Under the pieces are notes generated by a model. The model saw only the letters and a list, made by a program, of their open reading frames with translations. It was not told the DNA's origin and did no database searches. DNA of 62,442 nt, counting the filler, from Stramenopiles sp. TOSAG23-3 (lineage: Eukaryota), in assembly GCA_900128585.1 (NCBI GenBank). It is 6 parts of 6 records of this genome, joined end to end, with 100 filler letters (N's around TTAATTAATTAA, not from the genome) between each part and the next. Parts side by side here need not be neighbours in the genome. Positions count along the whole stretch, not along the records: positions 44,022 to 58,562 come from LT642558.1; positions 58,663 to 60,502 come from LT645327.1; positions 60,603 to 62,442 come from LT645328.1; 3 more parts are not named here. One strand, written 5' to 3'. Positions 53,539-62,442 of the stretch are shown here, piece by piece. How positions within the stretch are numbered: position 1 is the stretch's first letter; each line of letters starts with the position of its first letter. The translations under genes were made by a program, and so were the position numbers.

Positions 53539-56500
53539 CTAAGATTCGGCGCGTCGTCGTCGTCGGTGGAAATTTGTTTGGTCTTCGTCCTCTTTTTCTG
53601 TGTCCGATTCTGTGTCCAATTCGGGGACTGGTTCGTTCGTAGTCGCAGAAGGATCATCGGTGGTTACCGGCCCATCATCATTCTCTTCATCGAGATCACC
53701 GTTAGAATCATCGGTGGTTACTGGCCCATCATCATTCTCTTCATCGGGATCATCGTTACCCGTTGGGCCGGAACCGCCCGCTGCGAGGGCTGGCTTGTTT
53801 TTAGTTGCAGAAGGATCATCGGTGGTTACCGGCCCATCATTATTCTCTTCATCGGGATCATCGTTACCCGTTGGACCGGAACTGCCCGTTGCGAGCGCTC
53901 GTTCGTCCGTAGTTGCAGAAGGATCATCGGTGGTTACTGGCCCATCATCATTCTCTTCATCGGGACCATCGTTACCCGTTGGACCGGAACCGCCCGTTGC
54001 GAGGGCTGGCTTGTTTTTAGTTGCAGAAGGATCATCGGTGGTTACCGGCCCATCATCATTCTCTTCATCGGGATCATCGTTACCCGTTGGACCGGAACTG
54101 CCTGTTGCGAGCGCTGGTTCGTCCGTAGTTGCAGAAGGATCATCGGTGGTTACCGGCCCATCATCATTCTCTTCATCGGTATCATCGTTACCCGTTGGGC
54201 CGGAATTGCCCGTTGCAAGCGGTGCCGCCGGTCGCCCATCGGAATTGTGGCTGCTTCCTGTTTCAGCGGGTGAACCCGGGGCGCTCGGGTCGCCTGGCAC
54301 GCACTCTGCAACATCATCATCGAAGACGCAGCTTTGAATCCCTGAGCAAACAACTCTTCGTGACGATACGGGGAAAATATCATTGATGTATTCCCCCTTC
54401 TCACTTTCTCCACATCGCTTGATGTCTTTCGTTTTTGGATCCGGTGTCAGTGCGCCCGGCGAAAGCGGCTCGGCTTCGACGGACAGGGCTTCAAAGTGTA
54501 CCAAATTAGGGTTTACATCAAATGTCGCCTTGGCGAACATGTGTTTCTTTGGTTTCTTGACCCCGCACATCCCCATGACTAATTCGCCGTCTTTTCGAAC
54601 AACGCAGTACCTGCAGCCGTCGCGGCATAGCATACCGTTACTCTTAAGTTCCCATTCGCCAAAGTTGTGAATGTCCCCGGGGCTGCCAAACATGGCCCCG
54701 GACAACCCTTCCGTCAGCTTGCTCGCTTCCGTAATTACACACGAACCCCAGGCAATTCCAGCGTTCAGCTTCTTGTTGTACATGCACATGTTCTTTTCGT
54801 CTCGGTCGTCCACCATCCAACGAGTGATTTTGTCTCCGCTGGCAGTATGGAACACATTCTTTTTGGCATGGTACAGCATGCTTTCGTCCTCGTTCCCTTC
54901 CTTCTTACGGCTGACCGGCATCCAGACGTCCGACTTTCCAGTGCATTTTCGCATTTCAACGATCCCGCCCTTTTTTTCTTCTTTCAAGGCAAGGCATTCG
55001 GTGGTACCCTTCTCCTGCAGTTGGATTGGGTATGTCGACCCGTACAATTCGTTTTTGTCGATGTCTTTGTCGTACGATTTGATGCCCCACAACGACAGTG
55101 CGCGATGGGCCTTTTTTATTAACTTGGCAGCGGTCTTGGCCATTGCCAACCCCCCAAGAACCTTTGTTCCAACTTTGAAGGCTTTGCTGTTTTTCAGCTG
55201 GCCAAGCATGCAGTTCTTCGGAAGCGTAAATGTTTTCGCATCGCTTGGCAAGTAGTCCGTACGGAACGCGTCCCCTGCCGAAGCACTTGTGCCTAGGCCG
55301 TGGCCATTTTTGAACACTTGGGCACCCTCCTGGATCCCTTTGGGCACTAGGAAGGGCGGTAATTTGGCCCAGCCTTTGGTGACAAAGGCAACAGTAGCCT
55401 TAGAAGATTTGCCAGTTGGGTTCGCGGCCTGTGCCCAGCCACCCCCTGGGGAACCAATTCCCGGGTTGGCCTCCATGATGGCTTTCGGGGAGCACCCAGA
55501 GCTGCCAGCCAAGTCTTCCACAGTTTTTGCTGCAGAGTCTATCTGTGCTGTGACAGCGCCACCGGCCGTAGACATGCCGAACACGGCGGCCCCACAGGCG
55601 GGGTTGGCAAGGCAGAAACCAGCAACCATCCCCATGCCAATTCCACCGATAATTTTGATTTTGTTTGCCTTCCAAATGCTTTTGAGGCCCAATATGGCTT
55701 TCTTGAAGAGGCCACCGTTGACGGCTCTCATTTTTTTGCAGTTGCAGTCCTCGCCCCCGTCCGCTTGGTAGCCGCACGCCCAGCCTTTGTTCTCTAGGTG
55801 AGCATTGTCTTCCATGCAGGTGACACTGAGGGTCGATTTTTCTCTGGGGTTTAAGCAGTCGTGATAGAGGCAAGGCATCATCATGCTCTGCGACATCAGA
55901 CAGAACTCTTCATTCTCTTTCTTGCACTCCTTTTTGGGAACAAGGTCGACAATTGCTCTATTCCTGTGGCAAACAAACGCTTTTTTCAATCCCATGCACC
56001 GTTTTATACTATTCGGGTCCTTCAAGTTCAGCTTGCAGTGAGTCTCCAAGACCTTTGACCCCGCGGGCAACTCTTCCATGCTTTCTACCTTTTTGTACAA
56101 TGCCGTGTCTACCACATGTTGTCCCAGTTCTAGGAAGGACGAGTCCTTCTCCTTGTAGTCGTCGCGTTCGTACCAAGGGGTACCTCGGTTCAATCTTATC
56201 TCGCAAATTTTTGTGAGCTGTTTGAATCCTACTGATGTCAGACGGCCATCGAGGATGTATTCAGACATGGATGCGCTGACCGCCTCGTTCCCTTTGAGCT
56301 GAAATATTTCTGTAATCTTGCGCTTCGGTGGTCTGTTCTCGTCCCCAGAGCCCGCGTAACACTCCGCGCGCTCGCACATAGAGTAGGTCCACATGGTAGT
56401 GTACGAATCGACGTTCTTTGGTTTGCCCGCGTTGTCTTTCTCCAAGTCGTTGACAAACTGTTGCACCATTTTTCTTAGCTTTGCATCTTTGCTGAACCAC

Positions 56501-58093
56501 GCCCCCTTGTTTGCAGGGTCGTTCACAAACTTTTTCAGTTTCTCAATGGTATCGTGAACCTTTTTCAACGATTCCGTCGCCGCTCGCCCGGCAACAGACG
56601 CGGCTGCCATTCGTCCACGTCCACCCCATCGCTGTTGACGACATTTGCGCAGACGTCAGGGCACCAGTCGTGCAGGCAAGGCTTCTCGTTTGTTTTATCG
56701 TATCGCTCCTTCATGCGTTTCCTGGCGTTGGTCCATCTTTCGAGCGCAGCCGGGCTTTCGTAGTCTTTCGCTTTCTCTGCGGCCTGCTCAAGGAGTTCTT
56801 GGATTTGCTGAATTGCCTTTTCGACCTCATCGACCTTTTCTCCGCCGTATTCCAACGACTGGTCTAGCATGTCCATGTATATTTGCATGCGGTTGTCAAG
56901 GATTTTGCGGTTCAAAGCTTGCAAAGTAATCATCTTGACCGTGTGTTCGTCTGCTTCAAGGACCTCAAATTTATTAGGAAGGATGCTGCCGTACTTTTCC
57001 AAATACTCCACGGAGTCGACCACTTCGATCCTTGGCATTTTAGCCCAGTCAACTTCCTGGCATTTTTGAACCACCTTGTTCTGTTCCGGCTTTTCACCTA
57101 TCAGGTTCGACACGTCAACGCAGTAAGTGCATTTGCCCTCGCACAAAGCCCCAGAAGTCTTGACGTCCCATTTCAAGGAGAGCCCGTCGTAGCAATAGTT
57201 GAAATCGGTTATCGGGGAGTATCGGTACTCGCAGTGCCCCGTCTCAGCGGGTGCGTCGCCCTTGCTCTCCTTGCCAGGGACGGAGGGGAACATATTACAC
57301 TTCTCGATGTTTTCGGATGCCAAGGAACGCGTGCTTTGCGTCTTCTCGCAGTCTGTGTCTTTCGTTCCTTTCTCCTTGCCAATGTTGCTAAGCACGCACC
57401 CGGACTGTATGGCGTTGCGGATCCCGTACATTTTCCCGTAATTAAACAGTTTTCCTCTTCGCATGCAACGAGCCGGGATATGCTTTGCACCGTCGACAGC
57501 ATTTCCCGCAGCCGATGGATCAAGGCTCTCTCCAGGAGATACGAGCTGCCAGTGAAACTTTGGTCGTTCGATCTGGCTTTGAACTCTTTTGAGCCTTCTG
57601 GGAAGTGCACCTTCAGCCACAACTTCTTCTCTTGGCAGATACACTGTGGGTCCTTTTCGCACGCTGCTTGCTCCTCGTTGCTTCCTGCGCACCGTTCGTC
57701 AAAATCGCTCTCGCGACGGACTATTGTGTCCAATTGGGAAGGCGAGTCTTGGTCTGGAATCCCACTTTTGAACGAGTACGTTTTTGGTCTCACGTTCGGG
57801 TCTGGAACACTCGTTGGTCTTTTCAAGGCTTTTTCCGCAGCTGCCCAAGGAAGTGTCACCACCGTGCCAGAGTCCACGCCTTCCATAGTTACACCGCTCA
57901 TCCCTAGCACTTTCACCATTGCCTTTCCCCCAGCTGCAGCGGCCTCGACTTCAGCATTCATATCCTCCGCCATCGTTAGCCAGCGCAGCGATTCTGGGAT
58001 TACCTTTCTCGCTTTGCACCAAGGGACTGGCACATTCGGTTCCTGTGCTGCGCAAGCAACCAGAAAGCAAGCCAGTAATAGAACCCCCCGCAT
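53539..58093 (-). CDS. Large secreted Cys-rich protein (~1518 aa if two -1 frameshifts near 57380 and 56610 are corrected): glycine-zipper segment, ricin-B-like domain, acidic repeats
   Basis: Signal peptide MRGVLLLACFLVACAAQ at 58093; three overlapping same-strand ORFs of matching composition with no AT-rich spacer between them. Confidence 0.7.
53625..54225 (-). repeat. 108-bp (36-aa) coding tandem repeat, about 5.5 copies
   Basis: PALATGSSGPTGNDDPDEENDDGPVTTDDPSAT(TDE/KNK); DNA period 108 bp with alternating variants. Confidence 0.93.
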
Positions 58094-58562
58094 GATGGAA
58101 GCTAAGCACGGTCCTAAAAACAAATCCTAAAAAATAAAGTTTACTGGAAAACTTTAACTTCTGTTATTTGCACCTTCAAGTTTGAAATCCAGAAACAGAT
58201 GATGCGCTTTCTCTGATTTCGATTGGAAAGCAAACGAAGCGAAAGAGTGATTGTTGTTCTCGTTTTGTTTTAATATTAATTGTAATTATGTAATGAATAT
58301 TCTTCTTATGTATATAATATTTATAATTAAAATGAGTGAAGTATAATTATAATACATACTACTACTACGAAGACCTGTCGAAAGGATGAAGAGTTTATTA
58401 TTGTTATTATGAAATACGGTAAATAGGAGTAAAAGAAGCAAAGCAAGCGAACGAGAAAACAGCCCCCCTCTTTTTATTATTAATTCTCTCTTCTTTTTTT
58501 CTACACTATCTCCTTGTTTCTATTCTACTATTCTAGAACGAACGACATTTAATTTAATTCTT

Positions 58563-58662
58563 NNNNNNNNNNNNNNNNNNNNNNNNNNNNNNNNNNNNNN
58601 NNNNNNTTAATTAATTAANNNNNNNNNNNNNNNNNNNNNNNNNNNNNNNNNNNNNNNNNNNN
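58563..58662. other. Artificial contig spacer with six-frame stop
   Basis: 44 N + TTAATTAATTAA (58607-58618) + 44 N. Confidence 0.97.
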
Positions 58663-60502
58663 CTTGCACACGTGCCTCTGCTTAGTGTCCTCGGCGTACG
58701 ATGGCTCGCACTCGCACCGCGGGCGGTAAAACCCCTTTTCTTTGTCCCAATTTTCTTCTCGTACCCACGGGATTTCAGTACCGTCTGCGCTGTACGTCGA
58801 AGTGACGGGTATCGCAGAGAGTTTGTAGCCCTCGGCATTCGGGAATGTATACCCCTTTGCCCCGTAGCACTTCTTGCAGTCCTCTGCGCACTGAAACCCG
58901 TCCAGGGATTCCCCTTCGCTTTTCCACCCGCCTTCAATATTATCGTCATCAAATTCTTTTTTACCATCTTCTACTTTTCCATTCTCGCCAAATTTGACTG
59001 CGAAGTCGTCCCACCAATAATGAAAATTTGCTGTCTCCTTCCGGCGAAATAGTTTAAACAAGTTTGGTTCGGGCAGTGCGATTCGTGGGCATTGGCTTTC
59101 AGTCGCTTGGATATTTTTTCTCGACTCTTTGATCGAGCATGCTTGGTATTTGTTTTCGATCTTTTGTGGCAGGTACGTAAACATATCCAGCGCCCTGTCC
59201 ACAAGCGAAGTTGGAGTCATCTTAATCGGTACATTCCATGGCCGCCTCGGTTCTATTCCCGGGTCCATAAAAACTTCCGACCCAAGGGCAACTCGGCAGA
59301 GCTTCGTATTGTTCAGGCACTCCAAGCACTTGGACGATGCCGTATCCGTTGCCTTGCTGAATTCTGTTGGGCAAGGGCTGCTCATGTGGAAGCATTCTCC
59401 TTCTGTAGTAGAATCGCCACGCTCGCGGCACGCTTTGACCCGATCTTTTATCAATTTCCATGTTCGTGACTCAACGCCTAGTTTTACTGGGTGCCCACCA
59501 AACTCATTAGCTATCCTCGCAATCTCCTTTAGCATGGGATTAGCAGTCATGACAATTTTGTCCTGCTTACCTTCATCAGGGTTCGGTTCATGATCAAAGT
59601 AGCCTATGCTCTCCACAAGCTTGACTAGCATTTCCATCAGTTTTGTTTGATTTGTCAACTTTTCAGTAGCAAAGTCAGCAGCTAAGTTTGCAAGGACGTT
59701 AGGGGATAGGACATTCACGTACAAGTCGCTGGGACGCTTCCCCATTTCGTAAAGTAGATCAATGGCCTTTGGAAATACTTCTTTCCATTTCTTCGTTTTG
59801 TTTACGCTCCCTGTATCGCCTGTTTCCGGTATTTTGCTAACTTCTTCTTTAACCCATTGTATATCTCTCCAGACAGTGGTGTTCTTCTCTCCTATTTTAT
59901 ATTTTTTCTCCTGGTATAGTCTCTCCTTGTGAGCAGCATCGGCGATATCCCGTAAAAGTTGAAAGAAGGAGTCCACGAAACGTAGGAAATATTTCGACCT
60001 TAAAGTCCTGATGAACCCATTGTACTTCTCCTTGCCCTTATCGCAGCCGGTGGTTTTCGTAGCGCTGGGGCAGTATTTGGACTGAAATGCATAATACGTG
60101 TATTTCTTAACTACACTTGAAATCCCCTGCGTTGCACTTTTACCCATTTCCGTAAGGCTTAAGTCGGAACCACCATTTTTAAAAGTTACCACTTTTTCGG
60201 AATTTCGCACTATGGAATAAACCGTTTTCCCGTTTCTGTTATATTTGAACAATGGCTCCAGGTATTTCATTTCCTTGTCCAAATCGCAAGGTTTACCATC
60301 ATCCGTCTTGCAGTCGTTTACGATCTTTCTCACTTGAAAAACGTGATAAATTATCCACACAGGATGTGCGTTGCGGTCGACGATGATAGCTTTAAGAAGC
60401 CGTTCAACTTTTTTGGAAATAGTTGGTATTTTGTCCATCTCGCACAAGTCAAACTGTAGCTGGCGCGGTGTTGCCGTCCAAAAATGGTATAAAATCCACT
60501 TG
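58663..60502 (-). CDS. Internal fragment of a large Cys/Lys-rich unknown protein (open at both ends)
   Basis: The whole 1840-bp contig is one stop-free frame (KWILYHFWTATPRQLQFDLCEMDK ... CECEPSYAEDTKQRHVCK). Confidence 0.75.
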
Positions 60503-60602
60503 NNNNNNNNNNNNNNNNNNNNNNNNNNNNNNNNNNNNNNNNNNNNTTAATTAATTAANNNNNNNNNNNNNNNNNNNNNNNNNNNNNNNNNNNNNNNNNN
60601 NN
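60503..60602. other. Artificial contig spacer with six-frame stop
   Basis: 44 N + TTAATTAATTAA (60547-60558) + 44 N. Confidence 0.97.
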
Positions 60603-60604
60603 GA

Positions 60605-60691
60605 AATTGTATTACAAACCCAATGGGTGGGAAGCAGCCTATTGAAAACGGTCCGTGGGTAATAGTGCATAATGGTGAAATATACAGGTGA
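60605..60691 (+). pseudogene. Fragment of an asparagine synthetase B-type (class II) glutamine amidotransferase domain
   Basis: NCITNPMGGKQPIENGPWVIVHNGEIYR* matches I.D...G.QP......NGEIYN, then stops. Confidence 0.6.
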
Positions 60692-61071
60692 TTTGACCTA
60701 CAGCGTATCAACAAAAATGAGGAAAGAGGAAGAGAAGGCAGAAGTTCGTTTGGTGTAAAAGGGGGGGATATTCATAGGATATGATACGTATAGTAATAAG
60801 TACAAATTGAGAAAAAAGAAAAAGAGACGAGGAGGAGTCGGAGGAAGGCACACGATCAATAGTACAGAAAACGATGATTCACCTTCCAACGCGGCTTGAA
60901 TTGTAATATTCTGCAAAGTCTTCGTACGTCATTAAAGGATCGTCAGTTTTAAAAGAGTTGGAAAAATCATGCAATTGTGAATATCGGGTTTCACAAAAAT
61001 TACAATGAAATCTACGATTTGTTAGAACGAAAACAGCGAATATATATATATACAATCTGAAATTATTACAA

Positions 61072-62442
61072 ATGAAACGATTATTGTTTTTATTGACTGT
61101 ACTTGGGGTACTTGGGTGCGCCGAGGCGGTGAACATACGAGCAGAACCTCGGAAGAAAGAGAAGGTCAAGGAGGACTTCGTTGCGCTGAATCTAGTAAAG
61201 AAATGGTGGACCCAAGCAGGGAAAAAAGTGGAATATGTTCGGGAGCACATGGACAATCTTAGCACTTCTTTTGGAGACGTATCGGACAACGTAAAGAACC
61301 ACTTCAAAAAGAAAGGTAATCATAAGAAATTAATACCTATTGTAGAGGAAACCGAGAGGAGGATGACCAGTGCCTTCGAGGGAGTAAACAAAGAGCTTGA
61401 CAGTTTGGTAGACCATGGCATGGAATTTCTGTCACACACCCGTCGGATCTTGAACAAGACAAGGTTAGAGGAAGAGATAAAGGAGAATTGCTTTTTCAAC
61501 AAGAATGCCCTAAAGTATGTCCTGTCTGTCTCGGACAAATGTTCTGACGACAAGTGCCAAAAGTGCACAGGCGCCGTCGTGCACCTTGACGTAGAAAAGA
61601 CCCGAGAAATTCTTGAAAAGGTGGCAAACGAAGAAGAGGAGAAGAAGTCGTCGAAGAAAGAAAAGAAAAAGGACGAGGTTGTGAAAAAAGACGATACAAA
61701 AATGCATACGGAAAAGAAAGATCCTGCCGACCTAACGGAGAAAGAAGTTCAGAGTTTGACGGAGAACGAGAAGGGAGAGATAGAAGCTGAGCCCGTTCAA
61801 ACGAAGGCGGTCAACGGGTTGGTGGACGCCATGTTCTACGTGAAACGCAACCGTTTTGTTCCAGGGAAAGACTTGAACGATGGGTTTCGATCCATTCACA
61901 TATCAATAGCGGAGATGTTCCATTTGCAACTGAAGGCTCTTGTTAAGGATTTTAAAAGGCATCACGAAATTGTGACGTGCGGAAAGATGGCCTACCAGTA
62001 CAAGGATGTGCTGGAGTTTTTCTTGTCTGAAGATAAATTCCCCAAAATGGTAAAAGGAACCCCTTATGTTGATGAGGTAACGGATTTGTTGAAGACGGTG
62101 GAGGTCAGAAAAGAAAAAATTAAGCAGTGCAACGGGTTTACCCAAGTGAGTGCGGGTGATTTTTTTACCTGCGGTCTTACGTCGAAAGGCGCCATCGAAT
62201 GTTTCGGGTCGAATGGTAGAGAACAAAGCAATGGCCACAAGCCAAAGATGCCAACAACAGGAAGGTTTACCCAAGTGAGTGCGGGTTTACATCATACCTG
62301 TGGTCTCACCTCGGAAGGCGCCATCGAATGTTTTGGGTCGGATGATCAAGGTCAAAGCAATGGCCACAAGCCAAAGATGCCAACAAAAGGAAGGTTTACC
62401 CAAGTGAGTGCGGGTTTATATCATACCTGTGGTCTCACCTCG
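61072..62442 (+). CDS. Secreted protein with RCC1/BLIP-II-like repeats (3'-partial; absent from the ORF track)
   Basis: Hand translation is stop-free to the window end; signal peptide MKRLLFLLTVLGVLGCAEA; repeats FTQVSAG..HTCGLTS.GAIECFGS...GQS. Confidence 0.88.
   Translation, partial: MKRLLFLLTVLGVLGCAEAVNIRAEPRKKEKVKEDFVALNLVKKWWTQAGKKVEYVREHMDNLSTSFGDVSDNVKNHFKKKGNHKKLIPIVEETERRMTSAFEGVNKELDSLVDHGMEFLSHTRRILNKTRLEEEIKENCFFNKNALKYVLSVSDKCSDDKCQKCTGAVVHLDVEKTREILEKVANEEEEKKSSKKEKKKDEVVKKDDTKMHTEKKDPADLTEKEVQSLTENEKGEIEAEPVQTKAVNGLVDAMFYVKRNRFVPGKDLNDGFRSIHISIAEMFHLQLKALVKDFKRHHEIVTCGKMAYQYKDVLEFFLSEDKFPKMVKGTPYVDEVTDLLKTVEVRKEKIKQCNGFTQVSAGDFFTCGLTSKGAIECFGSNGREQSNGHKPKMPTTGRFTQVSAGLHHTCGLTSEGAIECFGSDDQGQSNGHKPKMPTKGRFTQVSAGLYHTCGLTS
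62137..62442 (+). repeat. 129-bp (43-aa) coding tandem repeat
   Basis: TTTACCCAAGTGAGTGCGGGT at 62137, 62266 and 62395. Confidence 0.93.

Noticed and set aside
53625-54225. 108-bp repeats as a CRISPR array or satellite, and the antisense ORFs 53566-54273 and 53600-54337
   Set aside because: In-frame coding repeat of the minus-strand gene; the antisense ORFs are shadows
58093-60502. Contig 5 ORF as the upstream part of the 53539-58093 gene
   Set aside because: Separated by a synthetic spacer; the downstream gene has its own signal peptide and AT-rich promoter
1-62442. Alternative genetic code or systematic programmed frameshifting
   Set aside because: Conserved genes (NAA15, RAB1, VMA16, PLD, IFT57) translate cleanly in the standard code and TAA, TAG and TGA all end genes; the frame breaks go in both directions and suit indel errors or decay

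Overview
Gene-dense nuclear DNA of a flagellated microbial eukaryote (IFT57 and CEP104-like ciliary genes, Rab1, NAA15, PX-PH phospholipase D, V-ATPase c''). Genes are almost intron-free and separated by AT-rich, microsatellite-rich spacers. A stramenopile-like protist is my guess only. The window is not contiguous. It is six contigs (14596, 14571, 14554, 14541, 1840 and 1840 bp) joined by artificial 100-bp spacers (44 N + TTAATTAATTAA + 44 N), so adjacency across spacers means nothing. About 26 protein-coding genes or gene fragments, one clear GT-AG intron, three decayed remnants and several repeats are supported. I saw no rRNA, tRNA or CRISPR array. Best leads: (1) a C2H2/double-PHD chromatin reader fused to an orphan helical enzyme-like domain; (2) a coiled coil with a strict 25-residue H-x6-H histidine repeat; (3) a SWEET transporter with a mitochondrial-type presequence; (4) a phage-like beta domain at the end of a eukaryotic protein; (5) a ~1500-aa secreted glycine-zipper/ricin-lectin/acidic-repeat protein split by two -1 frameshifts; (6) an ankyrin-fused ADP-ribosyltransferase with a degenerate active site; (7) TpA-rich, RIP-like intergenic blocks. 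All family calls come from motif recognition by eye; no searches were run.
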